Source of the DNA: an uncultured Chloroflexia bacterium
GTDB taxonomy: Bacteria; Chloroflexota; Limnocylindria; Limnocylindrales; CSP1-4
Length of the DNA stretch: 64,000 bases
Reading direction: 5' to 3'
NCBI GenBank assembly: GCA_963763775.1
Contig: CAVXPZ010000001.1
Location: 1,440,001-1,504,000 of the forward strand
Shown here one piece after another: positions 1 through 9,368 of this stretch (within the stretch, counting starts at the first letter, position 1; the number at the start of each line of letters is the position of its first letter). The notes beneath the pieces were generated by a model. It searched no databases and had not been told where the DNA came from. It saw only the letters and a program-made list of their open reading frames with translations. Position numbers and translations under genes: made by a program.

Positions 1-487
1 GCTCGAAGCCGCGCCCGGTCGGCCAGTTCCGCCGGGTGGAGGCGAGGTTCATCTCGACGGTCGGGCAGAGGTGCCACTTGCCGACCGCGTAGGTGTTCCA
101 GCCCAGCTCGCCCAGGATCTCGGGCAGCATGCCGTTCTCGGGCGGGATGGTCCCGCTCGCGTTGGGGAACCCGCTGGCGCCCTCGGTGATGCAGGCCATG
201 CTGTTGCGGGTGTGGTTCCGGCCCGTGAGCAGGCAGGATCGTGTCGGTGAGCACAGCGCCGTCGTGTGCCACTGCGTGTAGCGGACGCCGTCGGCCGCGA
301 TCTTGTCGATGTTCGGTGTCGCGATCGGGCCGCCGTAGCAGGACATCGCGGAGAAGCCGACGTCATCGAGCACGACGTAGATGACGTTGGGGGCGCCGTC
401 CGGTGGCTGCGGAGCCACGAATGGCGTCCAGTCCTCGACCGAATCGCGGATGTCGACGTTGATCGTGCCGTTGAACGGACTGGTCAT
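1..487 (-). CDS. Arylsulfatase, N-terminal part (runs off the window start)
   Basis: Manual translation from ATG 487: MTSPFNGTINVDIRDS...PNVIYVVLDDVGFS...HTTALCSPTRSCLLTGRN...YAVGKWHL. It has the formylglycine CxPxR motif and the GKWHL sulfatase motif. Confidence 0.92.
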   Translation of the reverse strand, partial: MTSPFNGTINVDIRDSVEDWTPFVAPQPPDGAPNVIYVVLDDVGFSAMSCYGGPIATPNIDKIAADGVRYTQWHTTALCSPTRSCLLTGRNHTRNSMACITEGASGFPNASGTIPPENGMLPEILGELGWNTYAVGKWHLCPTVEMNLASTRRNWPTGRGFE

Positions 488-560
488 CAGGCGGTGCTCC
501 GAGAAGCAGGGGGGTGAAGGCCCAACGGTACCCGAACGCGGGCGAGCCGGCGTCGCCGAG

Positions 561-956
561 TCAGGCGCGCGGCGTCAGGTCGTCGGCTCCGGCACCCGGG
601 GCTTCGGCCGCCTCCGTCGCGCGCCGATGCCACGGGACGACCCCTTCGAGCTCGATCTCCAGGGAGAAGCTCAGGAACGTCCGGACCAGGACGATGACGC
701 CGAGCGTGATCGCGCTCTCGATCGTGGAGTCGATCGCGACGGTCAGCACGATATCGGCGACGATCAGGACCTCGAGGCCGAGGAGGATCGTGCGGCCGAT
801 GTTGCCGCGGAACCTGGTGTACGCGAGCGTCCGATCCATCCGACGCACATCACGGACGTAGCTGACCACGCCGATGAGCGACCCGGCCACGAGGATGCCG
901 ACGCCGAACGCCTCGAATCCCCTGACGACGAGGTCGAGCGCGTCTTCGAAGCTCAA
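561..956 (-). CDS. DUF1622-family membrane protein
   Basis: GRTILLGLEVLIVADIVLTV...LGVIVLVRTFLSFSLEIELEG is the DUF1622 pattern. Confidence 0.85.
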   Translation of the reverse strand: MSFEDALDLVVRGFEAFGVGILVAGSLIGVVSYVRDVRRMDRTLAYTRFRGNIGRTILLGLEVLIVADIVLTVAIDSTIESAITLGVIVLVRTFLSFSLEIELEGVVPWHRRATEAAEAPGAGADDLTPRA

Positions 957-1154
957 GGGCGGGGTCTCCGAGTGCGGGCGTCATCGTACGTCGCGGACCC
1001 GCGGTCCGGCGGGGTCACCCGGCGCCGACGCTCCGCCGGGGCCGGCGTCCGCTGATGCGGCCCGTTTGACACGCTTCGGGCGGCGCTCTGACACTTCGAG
1101 ACACCCCGTGGAGCGGTAGGGTCGTCCCCCGACCGGATGCGTGAAGGAGTGCCC

Positions 1155-1568
1155 ATGTCCCGACTGACCCGCTGGCTTGCCCCCAGCACCACCGCCCGTG
1201 CCCACTGCGACATCCCGTGCGGCATCTACGACCCGCACGAGGCCGAGATCGCCGCGCGCACCGTCGCCCGGATGGTCGAGCTGATCAACGGCCTCGACGG
1301 CAACGACACCGAGAGCCGCAACAAGTTCGTCCGCTGCGTCCACGTCAAGGAGGAGCACGCGGAGAAGGTGAAGCACGAGGTCCAGGTCATCTGGTCCGAC
1401 TACTTCAAGCCCGAGCACCTCGAGGCGAACCCGGACCTCCACGACAAGGTCTGGAAGCTCCTGAAGCTCGCCGGCAAGAACAAGCAGAGCGTCGACGCCG
1501 AGGCGGCCGCCCAGCTCGAGGCGGCGGTCAAGGAGTTCTCCGAGATCTTCTGGTCGACCAAGAAGTAG
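1155..1568 (+). CDS. sodN: Nickel superoxide dismutase precursor
   Basis: Nickel hook HCDIPCGIYDP after a short propeptide; KEEHAEKVKHEVQVIWSDYFK; SD AAGGAG upstream. Confidence 0.96.
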   Translation: MSRLTRWLAPSTTARAHCDIPCGIYDPHEAEIAARTVARMVELINGLDGNDTESRNKFVRCVHVKEEHAEKVKHEVQVIWSDYFKPEHLEANPDLHDKVWKLLKLAGKNKQSVDAEAAAQLEAAVKEFSEIFWSTKK

Positions 1569-1657
1569 GCCGACCCGCCCGCGCGGGCATCGACATCGAC
1601 GGTCCGAGGCGCTCGACGACGCTCGTCGAGCGCCTTCGCGGTCCCTGGCGGGTCGCC

Positions 1658-2047
1658 GTGGCCGAGGCCAGCATGCGGCCGGCCATCGAGGCCGGGGACT
1701 GGCTGCTCGTGGACCCGACCATCACGCGCTGGCCCCGACGGGGCGCGGTCGTGGTCGTCCGCGAACCCGACAGCGGCGAGCTCGCGGTCAAGCGCATCGC
1801 CGGGCGGCCGGGCGACCGCGTCCCGTTCGCGGACGGCTTCCTCGAGCTTGCCGAGGACGAGGCGTGGCTCCTCAGCGACGCCACGGCCGAGGTGACCGCC
1901 GAGGCCGGCTTCGGGGAGCCGATCGACTCCCGGCGGTACGGACCCGTCACGCTCGATCTCCTCGTGGGCCGGGCGTGGTTCCGCTACGCGCCGCTCCGAC
2001 GCATCGGGACCATCGGGGGAGGGTCGCGGTCCGACCGTCCAAGGTAG
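1658..2047 (+). CDS. sodX: S26-family NiSOD maturation protease (start uncertain)
   Basis: SMRPAIEAGDWLLV (Ser), VKRI (Lys), DSRRYGPV; directly downstream of sodN. Confidence 0.8.
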   Translation: MAEASMRPAIEAGDWLLVDPTITRWPRRGAVVVVREPDSGELAVKRIAGRPGDRVPFADGFLELAEDEAWLLSDATAEVTAEAGFGEPIDSRRYGPVTLDLLVGRAWFRYAPLRRIGTIGGGSRSDRPR

Positions 2048-2100
2048 GGTCGGTGGTGCATCCGCGCCACACGGCGCCCGTCACGCAAGAGGCTCACCCC

Positions 2101-2850
2101 GTGCCGACACGCTTTCCCGCCCGACCGGCCTTCGCCGGTCTCGCGATCCTCGCCTTCGCCGTCGCCGCATGCGGATCGACGTCCACACCGTCCGGAACGC
2201 CGGTCCTGGCCGCGACCGCCGCGCCCACGCCGGCGGCCTCCACCGCCGCGAGCGAGGCCCCGGCCGCGAGCGGGTCCGCCGCCGCCACCGGTCCACAGAC
2301 CGGCCACATCATGGTCGCCGACAAGGGCTTCGGGGTCACGCTCCCCGACGGCTGGCAGAGCCTGCCGGTCGACCCGGCCGCGCTCCAGGCCGTGGTGGAC
2401 AGCCTGCCCGCCGACTCCGAGATGCGGACCATGCTGGAATCGCAGATGGGCTCCGGGGCCCTGCAGGCCATCGGGTTCTGGGCGTTCGACGTCCGGCCGG
2501 AGACGAATGCCGCCGGCTTCACGCGGAACATGAACGTCATCGTCCAGCCCCCCACCACGTTCGACCTGTCCCTGGTGGAGTCGACCGTGAAGGCCCAGCT
2601 GGGGACGCTCAAGGGCATCGGCGAGATCACCAGCAAGACGGTGACGCTCCCGACCGGCGACGCGCTCCGCCTCGACTACGCGCTCACGGTGCCGGCGGCC
2701 GACGGCAGCACGACCTCGGTCGCGACGACGCAGTACTACGTGCAGCTGCCCAAGGCGACGCTCATCATCTCGTTCACCTCCGAAGCCGGTGCGGCCGACG
2801 CCCAGAAGGACTTCGACGCGATCATCGGGTCGCTCGAGGCGGTGTCCTGA
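2101..2850 (+). CDS. Hypothetical lipoprotein (PsbP/DcrB-like C-terminal domain possible)
   Basis: Lipobox AVAAC, Ala/Pro linker, GFGVTLPDGW...FDAIIGSL. Confidence 0.7.
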   Translation: MPTRFPARPAFAGLAILAFAVAACGSTSTPSGTPVLAATAAPTPAASTAASEAPAASGSAAATGPQTGHIMVADKGFGVTLPDGWQSLPVDPAALQAVVDSLPADSEMRTMLESQMGSGALQAIGFWAFDVRPETNAAGFTRNMNVIVQPPTTFDLSLVESTVKAQLGTLKGIGEITSKTVTLPTGDALRLDYALTVPAADGSTTSVATTQYYVQLPKATLIISFTSEAGAADAQKDFDAIIGSLEAVS

Positions 2851-2868
2851 CCGGCCGTTGACCGTGGA

Positions 2869-2888
2869 CGGCGCCCGCGTCGGGCGCC
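2869..2888. terminator. GC hairpin between convergent genes
   Basis: GGCGCCCG-CGT-CGGGCGCC stem-loop. Confidence 0.45.
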
Positions 2889-2901
2889 CGCCCGAGTCGT
2901 C

Positions 2902-3804
2902 TCAGGCCGGCGTCGCGCTCCTCGCGAGCTCGATCCCGGCCGCGCGGCAGTCGTCGGCGAACGCGGCCTGGCCCTCCAGGGTCGGGTTCCAACGGGCCGG
3001 GAAGCACACGATCCGGTCCAGGCCGACGGCCGCCAGTCCGGCGAGGTAGGCCACACGCTCCGGGCCGGCGTCACGGACCGCCTCGTCCCGCGTGTAGAGC
3101 GAGAAGCGCAGGGTCGACGGGTCACGGCCTTCGGCCTCGCAGCGCTGTCGGACGCTGACCATCCGCTCGGCGATCTCCTCGGCGTCGAGGAAGACGTAGT
3201 TCAGCTCGTCGGCGTACTTGATCGCGTAGCCGGCGGTCCGTCGGACACCGTTGCCTCCGACGATGATCGGGATGCGCGGCTGCTGGAGGCCCTTGGGGAC
3301 ATTGATGGCGCCGCGGACGTGGGCGAACGGACCCTCGTACGCCGCCCGACCGGGCGCGAACATGCGGCTGATCACCTCGAGGTGGTCGCCGAACGCGCCC
3401 ATCCGCTCATCGAGCGTCGGGAAGCCATACCCGTAGGCGCGCCACTCCTCCTCCTTCCAGCCGGCGCCGATGCCGAGCTCGAAGCGACCGCCGCTGATGA
3501 CGTCGATCGTCGACGAGAGCTTCGCGGTGAGGGCCGGGTTGCGGAACCCGGTGCACACGACCATGTGGCCCAGCCGGACTCGCGACGTCGCCATCGCGAG
3601 CGCGGTCAGGACGGAGAATCCCTCGAAGGTGATCTCGTCGGTCGGCGCCGGGACGGTGTGGAAGTGATCGAAGACCCACAGCGACTCGAAGCCCAGCGAC
3701 TCCGCCTGCTCGGCGAGGGCGACCGTGCGGGCCCACGCTTCATCGGCGGCCCAGCCGTCGAACTCGCCCTTCCAGCCCTGCGGTGCCATCAACCCGACCT
3801 GCAT
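2902..3804 (-). CDS. LLM-class (probably F420-dependent) oxidoreductase
   Basis: MQVGLMAPQGW...GFESLWVFDHFH...RNPALTAK...DVISGGRFELGIGAGW...PIIVGG. Confidence 0.9.
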   Translation of the reverse strand: MQVGLMAPQGWKGEFDGWAADEAWARTVALAEQAESLGFESLWVFDHFHTVPAPTDEITFEGFSVLTALAMATSRVRLGHMVVCTGFRNPALTAKLSSTIDVISGGRFELGIGAGWKEEEWRAYGYGFPTLDERMGAFGDHLEVISRMFAPGRAAYEGPFAHVRGAINVPKGLQQPRIPIIVGGNGVRRTAGYAIKYADELNYVFLDAEEIAERMVSVRQRCEAEGRDPSTLRFSLYTRDEAVRDAGPERVAYLAGLAAVGLDRIVCFPARWNPTLEGQAAFADDCRAAGIELARSATPA

Positions 3805-3944
3805 CCGTGCCTCCTGTCCCTGCGACCATCCCGCGCCTGACGGGTCGTCCATGGTGACGCCTCCGCGCCGAGCACGCTCCGGAACGCCGTCGCGTGGCAT
3901 GGGTCGCCCTTCCCTGACCCTCGGCGCGCGCCTATCCTCGACCG

Positions 3945-5141
3945 ATGACGACCGCCGACGCCTTCGATCCGACCGCTCCCCTCCCCGGCCCGCCGGACCC
4001 GTGGGCCTCGACCGATACCCCGAGCCATCGAGCCGGCCCGCCGTATCACATGACCGAGATGATCGCGGCCGAGCCGGGCCTCGCCCGACGGATCCTGGCG
4101 CGCCACGCAGCCGACGAGGGCGACGCGGCGGCCCTGGCAGCGGCGATCGCCGCGACGGCCAGGGCCGGTCAGCCGATCATCGTCACGGGCTGCGGCACGT
4201 CCGAGCACGCGTCGCTCGGCGTGGCCGACATCCTGCGCGAGGCCGCGGCAACGGCCGGCCTCCCCGGCGTCGGCGCGGTCAGCATGCAGGCGTTCGAACT
4301 GTCGCTGGATCCGCCGCGGTCCGGCCTCGTCATCGGGATCTCGCACGAGGGCGCGACGGCGGCCACCAACGCGGCCCTCGCGGCGGCTCGGGCGGCCGGC
4401 GCCCGGACCGCGCTCATCACCGTGACCCGGCGCTCGCCGGGCGCTGCCCTCGCCGACATCGTCGTCGAGACCGCCGAGCTCGACCAGAGCTGGTGCCACA
4501 CGATCGGCTACGTCAGCCCGATGCTGGCCGCCACCGCGGTGGGAGCGCACCTCTCGGGCCACGCGCTGGACGCCGAGGCCGTCGCCCGGATCCTCGCCGA
4601 GGGAGCGCGAGACGAGACCGGCGCCGAGCGCATCGCCGGGCACCTGGCCGACGCCGCCCACCTCATCGTCATCGCCTCCGGTGCCGATCGGACCGCCGGC
4701 CGCGAGCTCGTCCTGAAGGTCGAGGAGGCCTCGTGGCTCCCGTCCGCCTTCCGCGACCTCGAGACGTTCCTGCACGGCCACCTGCCGGCCACCGGCCCGG
4801 ACACCGGGCTGGTCCTACTCCTCGCGGAACGCGCGGCGCGCGCCGAGCGCCTGGCACGGGCGCGTGGCGCCCTGGCCGCCGCCCGCGAGCTGGGGATCCG
4901 CGCCGCGGCGATCGTCGCCGCGGACATCGATGCCGAGCTGGACCCAAGCCTCACGCCGGCCGGCCGACTCGTCGCCGCGGAGGCGCCCGGTATGCCCGGC
5001 GCGGTGGCGGCCCTGTTCGCGACCGCCACGCCGCTCCAGCTGCTGACCGAGCGGCTCGCCCGGGCTCGAGGCACCGACCCCGACCCGATCCGGCGCGACG
5101 ACCCGCGCTACCGCGCCGCGGCCGAGGCCGCCGAGGGCTGA
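3945..5141 (+). CDS. Double-SIS-domain sugar isomerase/deaminase-like protein (GlmS C-terminal-like)
   Basis: MTEMIAAEP, GCGTSEHA, GISHEGAT, ELVLKVEEA, ETFLHGH motifs. Confidence 0.85.
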   Translation: MTTADAFDPTAPLPGPPDPWASTDTPSHRAGPPYHMTEMIAAEPGLARRILARHAADEGDAAALAAAIAATARAGQPIIVTGCGTSEHASLGVADILREAAATAGLPGVGAVSMQAFELSLDPPRSGLVIGISHEGATAATNAALAAARAAGARTALITVTRRSPGAALADIVVETAELDQSWCHTIGYVSPMLAATAVGAHLSGHALDAEAVARILAEGARDETGAERIAGHLADAAHLIVIASGADRTAGRELVLKVEEASWLPSAFRDLETFLHGHLPATGPDTGLVLLLAERAARAERLARARGALAAARELGIRAAAIVAADIDAELDPSLTPAGRLVAAEAPGMPGAVAALFATATPLQLLTERLARARGTDPDPIRRDDPRYRAAAEAAEG

Positions 5142-5171
5142 CCGCCCGCCCGGCTCGAGCGCGTCCGGGCG

Positions 5172-6155
5172 CTAGACCTGTCCGATCAGGAGTTCGCCCA
5201 TCACGTCGATGTGGTCGAGGTCCCACGGGATGAAGTCCTGGAGCATGAGCCGCTCCACGCCGGCGTCGGCGAACCGCCGCACCATCGCGCGAGCCGACTC
5301 GCCCGTGCCCGCCACCCAGCGGTCGCGGCGCTCGTCGAGCCACGCCTCACCGACGTCGGCATCCTGGCCGAAGGCCGTGAGGATCGCGGCCTCACGGTCG
5401 CGGACCTCGGCCTCGGACCGGCCGACGAGGACGCCGGCCATCAGCGAGTGGACGATGGACCCGGGGTCGCGGCCCGCCGCGGCGCAGGCGGCGTCGAGCT
5501 TCGCGAACGTCTCGGCGACGGCCGTCGGTCCGGATGACAGCGTGTTGAACTCGTCGGCCCAGGTCACCGCCATGCGCAGCCCGCGAGGGGCCCCCGAGCC
5601 ACCGATGATGATGTTCGGGCGCGGCGAGCCATCGGCACCGACCGGCCGGCCGGGGACCGCCACCGGCTTCGGGTGGAACATCGCCTCCTCGATGCGGACC
5701 GTCTTGCCGTCGTACGACCACCCGTCGGGACCGCCCCACAGGCCATGGAGGACGGCGAGCTGGTCCTCGACCGCGTCCATCCGCTCGCCGAGCGCCGGGA
5801 AGGCCAGCCCGAGCTGCCGATGCTCGAGCTCGTTCCAGCCCGCGCCGACACCCACCTCGATGCGCCCGCCGCTCATCTCGTCGACCGTCGTGACCACCTT
5901 GGCGAAGACGCCGGGGTGCCGGAACGTGACCGGGGAGACGAGCGCCCCCAGGCCGATCCGATCGGTGTCGCGAGCCAGGCCCGCGAGGACGGCCCAGGCA
6001 TCGGTCGTGGGCTGGCCGGACGGCCCCGGGAAGCTCGCGAAGTGGTCCGACCGGAAGAGCGTCTCGAAGCCGTTGGCCTCGGCCCGCTTGGCGATGGCGA
6101 CCTGGTCCCCGTAGCTCAGGCCCTGCTGCGGCTCGATCATCAGCGCGAAGCGCAT
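5172..6155 (-). CDS. LLM-class F420-dependent oxidoreductase
   Basis: MRFALMIEPQQG...FRSDHF...TDAWAVLAGLARDT...VSPVTFRHP...SGGRIEVGVGAGW. Confidence 0.92.
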   Translation of the reverse strand: MRFALMIEPQQGLSYGDQVAIAKRAEANGFETLFRSDHFASFPGPSGQPTTDAWAVLAGLARDTDRIGLGALVSPVTFRHPGVFAKVVTTVDEMSGGRIEVGVGAGWNELEHRQLGLAFPALGERMDAVEDQLAVLHGLWGGPDGWSYDGKTVRIEEAMFHPKPVAVPGRPVGADGSPRPNIIIGGSGAPRGLRMAVTWADEFNTLSSGPTAVAETFAKLDAACAAAGRDPGSIVHSLMAGVLVGRSEAEVRDREAAILTAFGQDADVGEAWLDERRDRWVAGTGESARAMVRRFADAGVERLMLQDFIPWDLDHIDVMGELLIGQV

Positions 6156-6188
6156 GGCGACTCCTGCATCGGGAGCGAACCGTTCACG

Positions 6189-6237
6189 TTGACAGGATGG
6201 TTCGCAACGCTATGATAGTTGACGTGACACGAACTAT
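6189..6237 (+). promoter_or_regulatory. Sigma70-type promoter with overlapping palindromic operator (probable MarR site)
   Basis: TTGACA (6189-6194)-N16-TATGAT (6211-6216); inverted repeat ATAGTT (6215-6220)-N11-AACTAT (6232-6237). Confidence 0.7.
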
Positions 6238-6256
6238 AGCGTCGGTGGCGCCCCGG

Positions 6257-6811
6257 ATGGACGCCGCCGCCGTCTCGCCCCAGCGGGACGTGACCGACAA
6301 CATCATCGTCGACTTCCGCGCGACGATGACGCGCCTGAAGTGCGCATCGAGCGAGCGCCTGCTCCGCCTCGGGGTGAGCATGGCGCAGCTCAACATCCTC
6401 TACACGCTCCAGCGCAGCGGCGAGATGACGATGAGTCAGCTCGCCGATGTCGTGAACGTGTCGCTGTCGAACGCCTCCGGGCTCATCGACCGGCTGGAGG
6501 AACGCGCCTTCGTCGAGCGGACCCGGGTCCCCGAGGACCGTCGGATCGTCATGGTCCGGCTGACCTCCACCGGGAACCAGTTGCTGGAGGAGGTGGATGC
6601 GCTGAGCGATGAGCTCCTGCGATCCACCCTCGCCCGGCTCGACGCAGCCCAGCTTGCCGGCATCGAGGTCGCGGTCGCCGACCTTCGGCTGGCTGTCGAG
6701 GCCGCCACGGGCGGCACCCCGGATCGCCACGGCGCGTCCACGCCGTCTCCACGATCGCCGATCACCATCGCGGGCGTCGGCCACGCCCAGCACCACGCAC
6801 GGAGGGATTGA
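6257..6811 (+). CDS. MarR-family transcriptional regulator (start uncertain)
   Basis: SMAQLNIL...MTMSQLADVVNVSLSNASGLIDRLEERAFVER...EDRRIVMVRLT winged helix. Confidence 0.92.
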   Translation: MDAAAVSPQRDVTDNIIVDFRATMTRLKCASSERLLRLGVSMAQLNILYTLQRSGEMTMSQLADVVNVSLSNASGLIDRLEERAFVERTRVPEDRRIVMVRLTSTGNQLLEEVDALSDELLRSTLARLDAAQLAGIEVAVADLRLAVEAATGGTPDRHGASTPSPRSPITIAGVGHAQHHARRD

Positions 6812-6817
6812 CCCCAC

Positions 6818-8548
6818 ATGGAAGCATTCCCGGTCGCGGGCGAGGAATACGTCCCGACCCTCGACGAAGACCCAGCACTGGGCCTGAGTCATCGGGCGAA
6901 GATGGAGATCCTCTTCGCCGTCATGCTCGGCCTGTTCCTGGGCGCGCTCGACCAGACGATCGTCGGCCCGGCGCTCCCCACCATCGTGACCCAGCTGTCG
7001 GGCAACGACTACTACGTCTGGGCCATCACCATCTACCTGCTGACCAGCACGATCAGCGTGCCGTTCTGGGGCAAGCTGTCCGACATCTACGGCCGCAAGC
7101 CGATCTTCATGATCGGCATCGTGATCTTCCTGATCGGTTCCGCGTTGTCGGGCCTGAGTCAGAACATGGGGATGCTCATCCTCTTCCGAGGCATCCAAGG
7201 CGTCGGTGCCGGTTCACTGTTCCCGGTCGCCCTCGCGGTCATCGGTGACCTGTTCACGCCCCAGGAGCGCGGCAAGTACCAGGGCCTCTTCGGGGCCGTC
7301 TTCGGCATCGCGTTCGTCGCTGGCCCGCTCATCGGCGGCTGGCTGACCGAGAACCTCAGCTGGCACTGGATCTTCTACGTCAACATCCCGATCGGGATCG
7401 TCGCCCTGATCGTCATCCAGCGGCTGCTGCCGACGGTCAAGACGAAGTCGGCGACCCGCAACTTCGACATGATCGGCGGGATCATCTTCACCATCGCGAT
7501 GGTGTTCCTGCTGGTGGGGCTCACGAACAAGCAGTTCGGTGAATGGGCCGAACCGACCGTCGGTGGTTTCATCATCATCGGCCTCGTCGGGACCCTGCTG
7601 TTCATCCTGGCCGAGTCGCGCGCCAAGGAGCCGATCGTCCCGCTCGACCTGTGGAAGGGCCGGACCTACTCGGCGACGATGGTCGCGGTGTTCTTCGCGG
7701 CCTTCGCGTTCTTCGGCGCGATCGTGTTCCTGCCGCGCTGGTTCCAGGTCGTCGAGGGCTTCTCGCCGACGAACTCCGGCCTGGCCGCCCTCCCGCTCAT
7801 GGTGGGCCTGATCTTCAGCTCCATCGTGTCCGGACTCATCGTGTCGAGGACCGGCCGCTACAAGTGGCTCATCGTCGGCTCGATCGCGGTCATGGGCGTC
7901 GCCGTCTTGCTGATGACCCAGCTCACCAGCGACACCCCGGTGCCCGTCGTGTGGTTCTGGATGTTCCTCGCCGGCCTCGGCGTCGGCCCGACGTTCTCGG
8001 TCCCGACGATCGTGATCCAGAACGCCGTCCCGTTCCGCCAACTCGGCGTGGCGACGTCGAACCTGACGTTCTTCCGCCAGATCGGCGGCACGATCTCGCT
8101 CGCCTTCGTGGGCACGATCTTCGCGACGTCCTTCCAGGACAACCTCGTCCCGTCGATGACCGCCGCCGGGGTGCCGCAGCCCGTCCTCGACGGGTTCACG
8201 CAGGCGAGCAGCAGCGGGTCGTTCGACTTCAGCGCCCTGACGGGCGTCGGCGACCAAGGCGCCGCTCTCCTGGCCGCCATCCCCGCACAGTTCCAGGCCG
8301 CGGTCCAGCCGTTCATCGGCGCCATGGTCGAAGGGATCCACGGGGCGTTCAGCCTCGCGACCGCCCAGACGTTCTGGCTTGGTGTCGTGGGCGCGATCGT
8401 CGCGATGGTCGCCGCGGTCGCGATCAAGGAGATCCCCCTCCGGACCTCGAACGAGGCGCCGATCCCCACGCAGACCGTCGCCCAGGCGGCGGGTGGCGCC
8501 TCGGGCACGCCCGACACCGTCTCCGCCAGCACGGCGGCCGGCGACTGA
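6818..8548 (+). CDS. DHA2 (EmrB/QacA-type) MFS efflux transporter
   Basis: LDQTIVGPALPTI, GKLSDIYGRK, GPLIGGWL, WHWIFYVNIPIG; about 14 hydrophobic segments. Confidence 0.95.
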   Translation: MEAFPVAGEEYVPTLDEDPALGLSHRAKMEILFAVMLGLFLGALDQTIVGPALPTIVTQLSGNDYYVWAITIYLLTSTISVPFWGKLSDIYGRKPIFMIGIVIFLIGSALSGLSQNMGMLILFRGIQGVGAGSLFPVALAVIGDLFTPQERGKYQGLFGAVFGIAFVAGPLIGGWLTENLSWHWIFYVNIPIGIVALIVIQRLLPTVKTKSATRNFDMIGGIIFTIAMVFLLVGLTNKQFGEWAEPTVGGFIIIGLVGTLLFILAESRAKEPIVPLDLWKGRTYSATMVAVFFAAFAFFGAIVFLPRWFQVVEGFSPTNSGLAALPLMVGLIFSSIVSGLIVSRTGRYKWLIVGSIAVMGVAVLLMTQLTSDTPVPVVWFWMFLAGLGVGPTFSVPTIVIQNAVPFRQLGVATSNLTFFRQIGGTISLAFVGTIFATSFQDNLVPSMTAAGVPQPVLDGFTQASSSGSFDFSALTGVGDQGAALLAAIPAQFQAAVQPFIGAMVEGIHGAFSLATAQTFWLGVVGAIVAMVAAVAIKEIPLRTSNEAPIPTQTVAQAAGGASGTPDTVSASTAAGD

Positions 8549-8573
8549 CCACCGCTCCTCCTCCGCTCCTGGA

Positions 8574-8603
8574 CGACCCCGTCGGCTCCGCCGGCGGGGT
8601 CGT
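8574..8603 (+). terminator. Stem-loop after the MFS gene
   Basis: ACGACCCCGTCGG-CTCCG-CCGGCGGGGTCGT. Confidence 0.55.
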
Positions 8604-8633
8604 TCGCTGTCCCGCCGCTACGATGGGACCGAC

Positions 8634-9116
8634 ATGACCGACAACCCCGCCCCGTATCCGCCACACCTCCGGGCCCCCGGCACCGAGCCCGCGTCCTTCG
8701 AGGCGGTGCTCGATCTGGCCGACCTGCCGCTCGGCACGATGCGCCGGGTGAGCCGCGGCGACCTCGACGTCCTGCTCGCCCACACGCCTGCGGGGGTCGT
8801 CGCGACCGAGGACCGCTGTCCCCACATGAGCGCCCCGCTCTCGATCGGGGGACTCGACGGGTGCGTCGTGTCCTGTCCGCTGCACGAGGGCCGCTTCGAC
8901 CTCTGTTCGGGCGACACGGTCCAGATGCCCACGACCGGCGGCCTCGACGCCGACGGCGTGTATCACCCGACGTGGTCGCCCGCGGGCCGGGAGCCCAAGG
9001 TGGACCCGCCCGGCACGAAGGCCGAAGCGCGGCGTCTCACCCGCGTCCGCCGACTCCGCTACTACCCCGTCCGCGTCGTGGACGGCCGTATCGAGGTCGC
9101 GTTCCCCGGCGCCTAA
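8634..9116 (+). CDS. Rieske [2Fe-2S] ferredoxin-like protein
   Basis: DRCPHM...SCPLHEGRFDL ligand motifs; C-terminal LRYYPVRV. Confidence 0.88.
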   Translation: MTDNPAPYPPHLRAPGTEPASFEAVLDLADLPLGTMRRVSRGDLDVLLAHTPAGVVATEDRCPHMSAPLSIGGLDGCVVSCPLHEGRFDLCSGDTVQMPTTGGLDADGVYHPTWSPAGREPKVDPPGTKAEARRLTRVRRLRYYPVRVVDGRIEVAFPGA

Positions 9117-9194
9117 GGCAGCCGGACGCCTTGGTCGGCCGGGGCGACGCCGGCCATCACCTGAGCGCGGCGCGTGCGACGCACACCGTCGATG

Positions 9195-9220
9195 CCATCC
9201 AAACGTGGCCCCGTCCCGAA
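9195..9220 (+). promoter_or_regulatory. SigK-type ECF promoter
   Basis: CCATCC (9195-9200)-N15-CCGAA (9216-9220). This matches the mycobacterial SigK consensus as I recall it and lies upstream of an MPT70-like gene. Confidence 0.65.
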
Positions 9221-9368
9221 CTCCTGTCTGGACGACGCCGCCGGTCGGCACCCGTCGACGTGACGGTGGCGTGAACTCCCACTCGCGGATCCATCACCCG
9301 GGCAGACCCTTGGTGACCCGTCACCAGGTCGCGTCCGGATGGGCGCGACCGGAACACAGGAGCAACGC

